Assembly: GCA_000004985.1 (NCBI GenBank)
Contig: GG738925.1
Length of the DNA: 64,000 nucleotides
Origin: Naegleria gruberi
Taxonomy: Eukaryota
Direction: 5' to 3' (one strand)
The stretch's first letter is position 1. Each line of letters opens with the position of its first letter. The notes beneath the pieces were generated by a model. The model made no database searches, had not been told where the DNA came from, and worked only from the letters and a program-made list of their open reading frames with translations. Both the position numbers and the translations under genes were made by a program. Positions 1 through 10,721 of the stretch are shown one piece after another.

Positions 1-320
1 CTCAAACCCAAACCCAAACCCAAACCCAAACCCAACCCAAACCCAAACCCAAACCCAAACCCAAACCCAAACCCAAACCCAAACCCAAACCCAAACCCAA
101 ACCCAAACCCAAACCCAAACCCAAACCCAAACCCAAACCCAAACCCAAACCCAAACCCAAACCCAAACCCAAACCCAAACCCAAACCCAAACCCAAACCC
201 AAACCCAAACCCAAACCCAAACCCAAACCCAAACCCAAACCCAAACCCAAACCCAAACCCAAACCCAAACCCAAACCCAAACCCAAACCCAAACCCAAAC
301 CCAAACCCAAACCCAAACCC
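1..320. repeat. Telomeric repeat array (CCCAAA)n on the + strand, i.e. (TTTGGG)n G-strand; C-rich strand runs 5'->3' inward from the left edge, as expected for a left chromosome terminus
   Basis: About 53 perfect tandem hexamers from base 1. One CCCAA 5-mer variant near base 30 and a ctcaaa start. The array ends abruptly at ~320 into unique AT-rich sequence. The tool ORF 2..340 (GLGLGL...) is a translation artefact of this repeat. Confidence 0.9.
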
Positions 321-1059
321 ACGACTAAGGTCAGACCCAATATTTTGACTTTTATTCATCTTAATTAATTATCTCAATAAATACTCATTATAAATCAATA
401 TATTATATATCAATATACTCCAAATTGAATATATAATCATATTATAACATAATATTACATCATTATAATGACTTATATAAGTTAATTTCATATAATAGAT
501 TAGACAATTAGGATATCAATGAATACATTTCAAATTCAATTCAAATCAATATATCACATTATTAATCATGTTAACAACAATATATATCAATTTCAAATAC
601 TTTGGTATCATTTCAGGATATTTACTATTCAACTTGTCAACTGACCTATTCTAACATTGAAGGTAGAAATATATACCACTCCAATTCACTTCCAATACAT
701 ATATACATGATAATGAAATATATTAATATCATTTTGACATTCATCCATATTATACATGTTACATGGCTGATCCACTTGATACCTACAGGGATGTGACAAT
801 GACATCTACTATACAGATCATTATGAAATTGATACAGTACCTTACTAATGGTGAATAAACACAACTGTATCAGTTTCATGACAATTTGATATCATTCAAC
901 ATGTCAGGAGTGTAATCATGGGAATAATGAATATCAAGATAATCAAATCATATTAATTTTGAAATCTTTCAATTATAGCATCATATATAGATCAATTAAT
1001 CATAGTATTTCAATAATTGGTATTGACTTTCATATTAATTCATTCAAACCTTAATGACC

Positions 1060-4000
1060 NNNNNNNNNNNNNNNNNNNNNNNNNNNNNNNNNNNNNNNNN
1101 NNNNNNNNNNNNNNNNNNNNNNNNNNNNNNNNNNNNNNNNNNNNNNNNNNNNNNNNNNNNNNNNNNNNNNNNNNNNNNNNNNNNNNNNNNNNNNNNNNNN
1201 NNNNNNNNNNNNNNNNNNNNNNNNNNNNNNNNNNNNNNNNNNNNNNNNNNNNNNNNNNNNNNNNNNNNNNNNNNNNNNNNNNNNNNNNNNNNNNNNNNNN
1301 NNNNNNNNNNNNNNNNNNNNNNNNNNNNNNNNNNNNNNNNNNNNNNNNNNNNNNNNNNNNNNNNNNNNNNNNNNNNNNNNNNNNNNNNNNNNNNNNNNNN
1401 NNNNNNNNNNNNNNNNNNNNNNNNNNNNNNNNNNNNNNNNNNNNNNNNNNNNNNNNNNNNNNNNNNNNNNNNNNNNNNNNNNNNNNNNNNNNNNNNNNNN
1501 NNNNNNNNNNNNNNNNNNNNNNNNNNNNNNNNNNNNNNNNNNNNNNNNNNNNNNNNNNNNNNNNNNNNNNNNNNNNNNNNNNNNNNNNNNNNNNNNNNNN
1601 NNNNNNNNNNNNNNNNNNNNNNNNNNNNNNNNNNNNNNNNNNNNNNNNNNNNNNNNNNNNNNNNNNNNNNNNNNNNNNNNNNNNNNNNNNNNNNNNNNNN
1701 NNNNNNNNNNNNNNNNNNNNNNNNNNNNNNNNNNNNNNNNNNNNNNNNNNNNNNNNNNNNNNNNNNNNNNNNNNNNNNNNNNNNNNNNNNNNNNNNNNNN
1801 NNNNNNNNNNNNNNNNNNNNNNNNNNNNNNNNNNNNNNNNNNNNNNNNNNNNNNNNNNNNNNNNNNNNNNNNNNNNNNNNNNNNNNNNNNNNNNNNNNNN
1901 NNNNNNNNNNNNNNNNNNNNNNNNNNNNNNNNNNNNNNNNNNNNNNNNNNNNNNNNNNNNNNNNNNNNNNNNNNNNNNNNNNNNNNNNNNNNNNNNNNNN
2001 NNNNNNNNNNNNNNNNNNNNNNNNNNNNNNNNNNNNNNNNNNNNNNNNNNNNNNNNNNNNNNNNNNNNNNNNNNNNNNNNNNNNNNNNNNNNNNNNNNNN
2101 NNNNNNNNNNNNNNNNNNNNNNNNNNNNNNNNNNNNNNNNNNNNNNNNNNNNNNNNNNNNNNNNNNNNNNNNNNNNNNNNNNNNNNNNNNNNNNNNNNNN
2201 NNNNNNNNNNNNNNNNNNNNNNNNNNNNNNNNNNNNNNNNNNNNNNNNNNNNNNNNNNNNNNNNNNNNNNNNNNNNNNNNNNNNNNNNNNNNNNNNNNNN
2301 NNNNNNNNNNNNNNNNNNNNNNNNNNNNNNNNNNNNNNNNNNNNNNNNNNNNNNNNNNNNNNNNNNNNNNNNNNNNNNNNNNNNNNNNNNNNNNNNNNNN
2401 NNNNNNNNNNNNNNNNNNNNNNNNNNNNNNNNNNNNNNNNNNNNNNNNNNNNNNNNNNNNNNNNNNNNNNNNNNNNNNNNNNNNNNNNNNNNNNNNNNNN
2501 NNNNNNNNNNNNNNNNNNNNNNNNNNNNNNNNNNNNNNNNNNNNNNNNNNNNNNNNNNNNNNNNNNNNNNNNNNNNNNNNNNNNNNNNNNNNNNNNNNNN
2601 NNNNNNNNNNNNNNNNNNNNNNNNNNNNNNNNNNNNNNNNNNNNNNNNNNNNNNNNNNNNNNNNNNNNNNNNNNNNNNNNNNNNNNNNNNNNNNNNNNNN
2701 NNNNNNNNNNNNNNNNNNNNNNNNNNNNNNNNNNNNNNNNNNNNNNNNNNNNNNNNNNNNNNNNNNNNNNNNNNNNNNNNNNNNNNNNNNNNNNNNNNNN
2801 NNNNNNNNNNNNNNNNNNNNNNNNNNNNNNNNNNNNNNNNNNNNNNNNNNNNNNNNNNNNNNNNNNNNNNNNNNNNNNNNNNNNNNNNNNNNNNNNNNNN
2901 NNNNNNNNNNNNNNNNNNNNNNNNNNNNNNNNNNNNNNNNNNNNNNNNNNNNNNNNNNNNNNNNNNNNNNNNNNNNNNNNNNNNNNNNNNNNNNNNNNNN
3001 NNNNNNNNNNNNNNNNNNNNNNNNNNNNNNNNNNNNNNNNNNNNNNNNNNNNNNNNNNNNNNNNNNNNNNNNNNNNNNNNNNNNNNNNNNNNNNNNNNNN
3101 NNNNNNNNNNNNNNNNNNNNNNNNNNNNNNNNNNNNNNNNNNNNNNNNNNNNNNNNNNNNNNNNNNNNNNNNNNNNNNNNNNNNNNNNNNNNNNNNNNNN
3201 NNNNNNNNNNNNNNNNNNNNNNNNNNNNNNNNNNNNNNNNNNNNNNNNNNNNNNNNNNNNNNNNNNNNNNNNNNNNNNNNNNNNNNNNNNNNNNNNNNNN
3301 NNNNNNNNNNNNNNNNNNNNNNNNNNNNNNNNNNNNNNNNNNNNNNNNNNNNNNNNNNNNNNNNNNNNNNNNNNNNNNNNNNNNNNNNNNNNNNNNNNNN
3401 NNNNNNNNNNNNNNNNNNNNNNNNNNNNNNNNNNNNNNNNNNNNNNNNNNNNNNNNNNNNNNNNNNNNNNNNNNNNNNNNNNNNNNNNNNNNNNNNNNNN
3501 NNNNNNNNNNNNNNNNNNNNNNNNNNNNNNNNNNNNNNNNNNNNNNNNNNNNNNNNNNNNNNNNNNNNNNNNNNNNNNNNNNNNNNNNNNNNNNNNNNNN
3601 NNNNNNNNNNNNNNNNNNNNNNNNNNNNNNNNNNNNNNNNNNNNNNNNNNNNNNNNNNNNNNNNNNNNNNNNNNNNNNNNNNNNNNNNNNNNNNNNNNNN
3701 NNNNNNNNNNNNNNNNNNNNNNNNNNNNNNNNNNNNNNNNNNNNNNNNNNNNNNNNNNNNNNNNNNNNNNNNNNNNNNNNNNNNNNNNNNNNNNNNNNNN
3801 NNNNNNNNNNNNNNNNNNNNNNNNNNNNNNNNNNNNNNNNNNNNNNNNNNNNNNNNNNNNNNNNNNNNNNNNNNNNNNNNNNNNNNNNNNNNNNNNNNNN
3901 NNNNNNNNNNNNNNNNNNNNNNNNNNNNNNNNNNNNNNNNNNNNNNNNNNNNNNNNNNNNNNNNNNNNNNNNNNNNNNNNNNNNNNNNNNNNNNNNNNNN

Positions 4001-4971
4001 NNNNNNNNNNNNNNNNNNNNNNNNNNNNNNNNNNNNNNNNNNNNNNNNNNNNNNNNNNNNNNNNNNNNNNNNNNNNNNNNNNNNNNNNNNNNNNNNNNNN
4101 NNNNNNNNNNNNNNNNNNNNNNNNNNNNNNNNNNNNNNNNNNNNNNNNNNNNNNNNNNNNNNNNNNNNNNNNNNNNNNNNNNNNNNNNNNNNNNNNNNNN
4201 NNNNNNNNNNNNNNNNNNNNNNNNNNNNNNNNNNNNNNNNNNNNNNNNNNNNNNNNNNNNNNNNNNNNNNNNNNNNNNNNNNNNNNNNNNNNNNNNNNNN
4301 NNNNNNNNNNNNNNNNNNNNNNNNNNNNNNNNNNNNNNNNNNNNNNNNNNNNNNNNNNNNNNNNNNNNNNNNNNNNNNNNNNNNNNNNNNNNNNNNNNNN
4401 NNNNNNNNNNNNNNNNNNNNNNNNNNNNNNNNNNNNNNNNNNNNNNNNNNNNNNNNNNNNNNNNNNNNNNNNNNNNNNNNNNNNNNNNNNNNNNNNNNNN
4501 NNNNNNNNNNNNNNNNNNNNNNNNNNNNNNNNNNNNNNNNNNNNNNNNNNNNNNNNNNNNNNNNNNNNNNNNNNNNNNNNNNNNNNNNNNNNNNNNNNNN
4601 NNNNNNNNNNNNNNNNNNNNNNNNNNNNNNNNNNNNNNNNNNNNNNNNNNNNNNNNNNNNNNNNNNNNNNNNNNNNNNNNNNNNNNNNNNNNNNNNNNNN
4701 NNNNNNNNNNNNNNNNNNNNNNNNNNNNNNNNNNNNNNNNNNNNNNNNNNNNNNNNNNNNNNNNNNNNNNNNNNNNNNNNNNNNNNNNNNNNNNNNNNNN
4801 NNNNNNNNNNNNNNNNNNNNNNNNNNNNNNNNNNNNNNNNNNNNNNNNNNNNNNNNNNNNNNNNNNNNNNNNNNNNNNNNNNNNNNNNNNNNNNNNNNNN
4901 NNNNNNNNNNNNNNNNNNNNNNNNNNNNNNNNNNNNNNNNNNNNNNNNNNNNNNNNNNNNNNNNNNNNNNN
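1060..4971. other. Assembly gap (run of N, ~3.9 kb) in the subtelomere
   Basis: Continuous n characters. Tool ORFs 1017..4976 and 1054..5004 are artefacts of translating N. Confidence 0.99.
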
Positions 4972-5144
4972 GATAGACTATTACTTTTTTTAAAACTTTA
5001 CTAAAAAAACCAACAAAATACCCAAACGGCGCTTAATAACCCTATATCAGATCATAAAGACCATGGAGCCACAGAAGAAACAAATCAAAACAACACGTTT
5101 CCAAACCCAACCAAGTTAATAGCACAAAGAACGATGACTTCAAG

Positions 5145-6029
5145 ATGCCAAAGGTTGGAGGAGGATTCAAAAAACCACCTAACAAGTCTGGATTACCAGC
5201 AACAACAACAGTACCAGAGGACAACAAGTTTTTTGTTGAATTATTTGACGGTTTTATTGAAAAAAACAAATCGGATATTGTGGCAAAGATTGAGGAAGAG
5301 ATTGAAACTTTCAAGAAGAAGAAAGATGAATTGAAAAATATTATTGTAAAGAAGGAAAAGGGAGTGGATGATGAAGAACTGGACTTTTCAGAGAGTGAGG
5401 ATGAATCATCTGTCCAAATTATTGCGGAATACCATGCGGAAAAGAAGAATATCAATGAAGAATGCAAGAAGAATAAGAAGTTGAAAAACATCTCTCCTGT
5501 GGCAGAAAGGCAAGATGCTAAAATTGATGAAATTGGTAAACAGCTTGCCAAAGAAACAAAGAAAAGGAAGCGAGTGGATGAAGATTTTGTATGTGAGCCA
5601 CCAATTCTATCTGCAGCTGATGCATTGGATCCATCTAACATTTTGAATGAAAATGTTGACTCCCTCTTGAATGAGTTTTGTGATTTAGTTGATGCTGACT
5701 TGACAAAGTTAGATATTGGCATGACACAATCAAGCAATTTCCTTCGTTCAGTTGAAGATCGTGTCAAACAAGCAACTCAGCAATTGGATTCCCAAATCAT
5801 TGAATTAGAAAAATCGAGAGAGGAGATACTCAAAGAATTCGATAACAAATTGGAAGCTTTGAAATTCTCCAAGACTCAAACAGTTGGACCATATCTAGAA
5901 ATGGTTGAAACAAGCAAAAAGGTACTTGAAAAACAAACAACAAATTGCAAATTAAAAGCCCAAAAAGCATCAGCCAAAATCAAAGACAGAGTGCAAAGAT
6001 TCCTTGAGGATCCAATAAATGACCAATAA
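5145..6029 (+). CDS. Hypothetical K/E-rich coiled-coil protein (294 aa)
   Basis: Uninterrupted ORF with charged, coiled-coil-like composition. The antisense ORF 5042..5767 is low-complexity S/F mirror sequence and is rejected. No recognisable catalytic motif. Confidence 0.5.
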   Translation: MPKVGGGFKKPPNKSGLPATTTVPEDNKFFVELFDGFIEKNKSDIVAKIEEEIETFKKKKDELKNIIVKKEKGVDDEELDFSESEDESSVQIIAEYHAEKKNINEECKKNKKLKNISPVAERQDAKIDEIGKQLAKETKKRKRVDEDFVCEPPILSAADALDPSNILNENVDSLLNEFCDLVDADLTKLDIGMTQSSNFLRSVEDRVKQATQQLDSQIIELEKSREEILKEFDNKLEALKFSKTQTVGPYLEMVETSKKVLEKQTTNCKLKAQKASAKIKDRVQRFLEDPINDQ

Positions 6030-7714
6030 ATGCCCAATCAAATTGAATTTTTTTTAAATAATTGGCCAATTGAAAAAATGGCCAATCCAATCTCTGTCAT
6101 ACTTTACCGAAAAGCACAATAAGGTAATCAATAGGGAAGAATCTTATTTCCGAAATTAATTTTTACCATCATATCTAAATCATTGAATAATGAATTATTG
6201 ATACAGGAATCATATGTTCAATTGTTATATTCATGTCAGTAATCAGTGAAGGTGACACTTCTCAAACCTAAGCATCAACATTTCAATATCTAGACTGTCA
6301 ATTTCACTGAAACTTGAAATACTACCTGTTTATATGATATAATGATGACTCTTCATAGTAACATGCATGTGAAAACATATATTGACACTTTTCATCTTGT
6401 TATATTTATAGAGATGGTATCCAACAGAGTCAGTTCATAATATTAAATATAGAAACTCATTCTGTATGACATGTTTGATGTATAGAATTGTTTTTATATT
6501 GATGGAAATCAGTTTGAAATAATACGATGAAATTGACACGGTCTAGTCACCATTACATGACAAATTGACCATAGTTTACATTCCATCTCAGTCATTTCAG
6601 CGATTTATTGGTTAATTCCACCATTATATTTCTCATACATTGTAGTACAGTTTATATTTGAAGAGTGATTTCTGTGTAGATTATTATAATCGTAATACCA
6701 TTCAATACCAATAAAACTCAATAGAAGAGTCAATTCTTCTCATTTTCAAATAGATTATTCAATATAGAACACATCTAGATAGTTTCCAGATCATAAAAGT
6801 CAAGATACTATATATGGTCTTTGATTAATTTTAAAAATAGACTGCCGTTAATTACTGGAATATTAATTCAAAGCTTGATGATCAAGCTATTGATTGAAAT
6901 CAAACCGATTATTGAATATTGATCATTGAATTGGTGAACAATCACTCTCTTGATAATGCTACATATTTCATATTGCATGCAAATCAACCTGATTCAATCT
7001 ACAAAGGTTGGTAGTTGCACCACTTCGTGGCGAAACTACCCATCCACGATGAATCAACATGTGATTCACTTCCATTCAACTCAATTTGACCGTTATAATC
7101 AATAAATCAATGAAATGTTACTTTATTAGCAATACCTATTCAATCTAATGAGTAGATTCACGTCCCAAACATTTGACTTCTCAAAGTCCAGAATTCAAAA
7201 GTTAGTTCTGACCTGACCTTTAAATATCTATCAATATAAGAAATGAAACCATCAAATTTACATCATTAATAGATGATAAGAAATATAATCAATGATATGA
7301 ATCTTCACTAAGTAATCTCTTAAATAACCCAAATAAATCAACTCTGAATCCTAACCAACCTCTAGGATTTGAGTATGATCAATCTATTTTCCATCCCTAG
7401 TCATCCAATGGTATTCTCTTGAGTTTTTAGGCATTTATTGAGTAATCCATGTTTTCTCAAGTAGAATTGTATAAAATTAAATATTCAATCTCATATAAGG
7501 ATATAGAACACTGTTTGAATGCTTTGATTTCGTTTCTGAGTAGAGTGTTATCGATCAATGTCCTTCGCATCAATAACAAGTGTTATGGTTCTTTAATACA
7601 TAGATTACCAGAAAATCAACTAGTTCAGTTCGTCCTCAATCATTTGGAACTTGATTCTAAGCCAGTGTGTGAAATTACATTAGATTAAACTGTTGGCTTG
7701 TCCATTTATCACTT

Positions 7715-8656
7715 TTATTGATTCATTGACTTGGAATACCCTTTCATCAAGTGACAATTAATAAAATCACTGTTAACACATTGAACTTCCAATTGAAGAC
7801 CAGCATGTCTGTAACCAGCTCCAACTGGTAGAGAGATTGGAACAATATCTTGACGAGGTCCAAGTAATTCTTTCCATTTAGTGATAACTCTAACGAAATT
7901 TGGATTAACTTGATTGGACTTAGCAGCAAAATTGGCATCTCCAACTCTTGGTTGACCAAAAGTAACAACCTTGATGGTAGCCTTTGTTTCTGGTCTTTTA
8001 CCTGATCCTAAATAATCAACAGCAGCCAATTCAGAAAGAGAACCTCCTTGACTATGTCCATAAAATCCAATTTCATTGAGTAATCCAAGAGATTTGATAG
8101 TGTCGAAAATGTTTTGACGATCAACTAAATATTCACTCAAGAATCCTGTATGAACAGCATATGCTGAACTTCCAATTTGAAAACTAGAGAAGGCTGTTTT
8201 CAAGTTATTGGCCCAGTCAACTGGATCATTCATTTGTGTTCCTTTAAAAGAAACAATTGCTGACTTGGTAGCAGAATTGAAATATACTTTACAATTGGTT
8301 GCTTTAGCAGCATTCACAAAATTCTTAACCAACTTGTATCCTTGAACTGTTGATAGTTCCTGTGATCCATAATTTGCTGCAATTTCTGCTGCCAATTTTA
8401 CATCTGTCAAAGTGACCTTGGCTTTAATTGTCTTGAGTGATTTGGAATATGGTGTAATCAATCCATTGTAAGCATAATTTGCAGGTGCAAAGATCGAAGC
8501 AATAAACTTGGCCTTCTGGCTCACTTCACCAAGCAAGCCAAGTGTCTCAGCACTCAGTGTGTTGTGGGTCTTGCTGCCGTTTACTCGAGATGGATCGCTG
8601 GTTACGATCAACAACAAGACGATCGCAAGGAGAACGGTCAAGGTCAATAATTTCAT
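7715..8656 (-). CDS. Secreted lipase class 3 (alpha/beta hydrolase) protein, 313 aa
   Basis: N-terminal signal peptide MKLLTLTVLLAIVLLLIV. Nucleophile elbow FYGHSQGGSLSELAA (GHSxG) followed by VVTFGQPRVGDANFA, typical of Lipase_3 family members. A-rich context before the ATG (aaaaaaaATG). Confidence 0.8.
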   Translation of the reverse strand: MKLLTLTVLLAIVLLLIVTSDPSRVNGSKTHNTLSAETLGLLGEVSQKAKFIASIFAPANYAYNGLITPYSKSLKTIKAKVTLTDVKLAAEIAANYGSQELSTVQGYKLVKNFVNAAKATNCKVYFNSATKSAIVSFKGTQMNDPVDWANNLKTAFSSFQIGSSAYAVHTGFLSEYLVDRQNIFDTIKSLGLLNEIGFYGHSQGGSLSELAAVDYLGSGKRPETKATIKVVTFGQPRVGDANFAAKSNQVNPNFVRVITKWKELLGPRQDIVPISLPVGAGYRHAGLQLEVQCVNSDFINCHLMKGYSKSMNQ

Positions 8657-9357
8657 TTTTTTTAAAGATGATTATTGGAATGACTAGCACGATGTTTGAC
8701 AACGGATAAAACATGGTGCACATTGAACATAGTAACCGGTTCATAATTAATTTTCAAACAATAATTGATGATGATTGTTGAATAGTATAATTTTCCAATG
8801 ATGATTCATGATAATGATGATGGAAAGAAGATGATGAAATTAATTGATTTTCATATTGTTCTTCATGACCATTAGTGAATGTTATTGTTAATAATACTAA
8901 TAATACTGATGACTTCCGAAATTGATGATGATTTTCTAAAATCTAAATGAAACCACCACAACCAACAATAATAGAACCATTCTTGAGAGATGATAATGAT
9001 GAGGAGGCTCCTCCAGAAACAGTAATACTGCTTGATGATGAGAGAACCTTGTTGACAAGTGTTTTCATTTTTTTCTTTGCTGCTTACCAATCAAAAACAA
9101 TAAAACAACAATTCATGTATTTTTTATATCATTAAATGAATAATATAAAGAACATTTTAAAAACTTCAAATTTGTAATTTGTTAACTTCTGTTCATCCAA
9201 ACATGTAAAATTTGTTCATTTTTATCCAAACTCTCCTAATTTATCTCAATCACTCTCTTTCTGTCATTGTATTCCTTTTTAAATTAACCAAATCGAGTGC
9301 AATTACTTTCGAATAAAAAGCCAACCAACAACCACATCAAATTCCAACAATAAAAAA

Positions 9358-10509
9358 ATGACAAACAATCAAAATAACAATCAATACAAAAGAAAGCTTG
9401 CTAATATCGAAGAAGAACACATTGCCAATGAAGAGGTTTATCAGGATGAAGATCTTTGGTGTAGTGAAGAGGTGGACCAATTGGTGTTCAATCAAACAAA
9501 GAAAAGAAAGGTTTCGAATGAAAGTTTAGACGAAATTGAAGAGAATTCACATGATAATTACTCAGATACTTCATCAGATAGTTCTGTGGAAGACTTTGGT
9601 GAGGTTGGTGAGTTGCTAATGATTGGAAATCGTCCAGAGGACTGTTTTTACTTGTCAGAGTTTACAGGAGAACCTAAAGTTTCGTTTCTTGAAACTAAAC
9701 TTTCCATTACAAAAATTCCAGCAGATTGCTGGGCAATCATTTACACATTCAGTGGCCTGGAACATTACTTCATTAATAGAATTTACAAACTCAATACCAC
9801 CCTAAGAGAATCTCTATATGAAAGTGAACTATTTTGGGAAGGAGTCATTGCTGAAGGTTGGCCAGACGCCAAAAATTTCACCATCAACTGGAGAGAATAC
9901 TTTTTCAAGAAATTCATTGCATTCGAAACTCATAAGCGTTTAAATCCTCAAATAATAACTGGAGATCATCAAGCAACTTTAGTTTCGTTTCCAATTCAAA
10001 GAACTTTCGAAAATGAATGTTTCATTTACAATCAAATTGAAACAACTACATGCGTCAACCAAACTGTCACTCAATCAAACATGAATTGGATTGTAAATGT
10101 TTTTTTGAAAACTTGTCCAAAAATTGTTGGATTGAGAATTCAAGTGAAATTTCCAAATTTGAGACTTTGGGCAACTTTTAATAACAAAGAATTCCCAATT
10201 TTTGATGAAGATCAAGTTGTCCTCAATGGAGTCCAAAATCTTTTCCATGCCATGAATTTAAATGTTGACATTCATGCACCTTTCTTTTTGGATTTTGACG
10301 AAAGATTCCAAAAATTGAGAATTGGAGAATTGGAACAGAGTACTTACTTTGCTTGGTTTTGTAATAGAATACTTGGAGATGTTCCATTTCCAATTGAGGA
10401 AATTTTGGGCCTACATGATTATACGAATCATTTGAGTTTCGGTTTGGAAGAAGAGAGAAATAGAATAATCGAATTGTATTACAAATACAAAAAGCTATTG
10501 GGCTTGTAA
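9358..10509 (+). CDS. Hypothetical protein with acidic N-terminus and possible F-box-like segment (383 aa)
   Basis: Single ORF with aaaaaATG context. The segment KIPADCWAIIYTFSGLEHYF resembles an F-box core. No other motif recognised. Confidence 0.5.
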   Translation: MTNNQNNNQYKRKLANIEEEHIANEEVYQDEDLWCSEEVDQLVFNQTKKRKVSNESLDEIEENSHDNYSDTSSDSSVEDFGEVGELLMIGNRPEDCFYLSEFTGEPKVSFLETKLSITKIPADCWAIIYTFSGLEHYFINRIYKLNTTLRESLYESELFWEGVIAEGWPDAKNFTINWREYFFKKFIAFETHKRLNPQIITGDHQATLVSFPIQRTFENECFIYNQIETTTCVNQTVTQSNMNWIVNVFLKTCPKIVGLRIQVKFPNLRLWATFNNKEFPIFDEDQVVLNGVQNLFHAMNLNVDIHAPFFLDFDERFQKLRIGELEQSTYFAWFCNRILGDVPFPIEEILGLHDYTNHLSFGLEEERNRIIELYYKYKKLLGL

Positions 10510-10721
10510 ATGTTACAATAAAAGCTTTGAATTTCTTTGAAATCAACAGAATTATAACGAAATTCAAAAAAGTAAATTGATGGAGTACGCCAAGTGCCCT
10601 CTTTGAAAGTTTTTCCATCTCGTAGTGGATATTTAGTACATGTAACCTTGTTCTAATCTAAACTTTCACTCACAAACAAAACGATTAAAGTCCAATTTGT
10701 CAGAACAATCATCAAAAAAAA

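Noticed and set aside
2-340. 112-aa ORF (GLGLGL...) on the minus strand
   Set aside because: Pure translation of the CCCAAA telomere repeat; not a gene.
1017-5004. Two >1300-aa ORFs made of X residues
   Set aside because: They span the N-filled assembly gap; artefact.
5042-5767. 241-aa antisense ORF overlapping the coiled-coil gene
   Set aside because: Low-complexity S/F/L composition mirroring the K/E-rich sense strand. No start context.
7449-7688. 79-aa ORF in the 1.7-kb intergenic tract
   Set aside because: Isolated, no start context, hydrophobic and composition-driven. Kept only as part of the ORF-free-tract observation.
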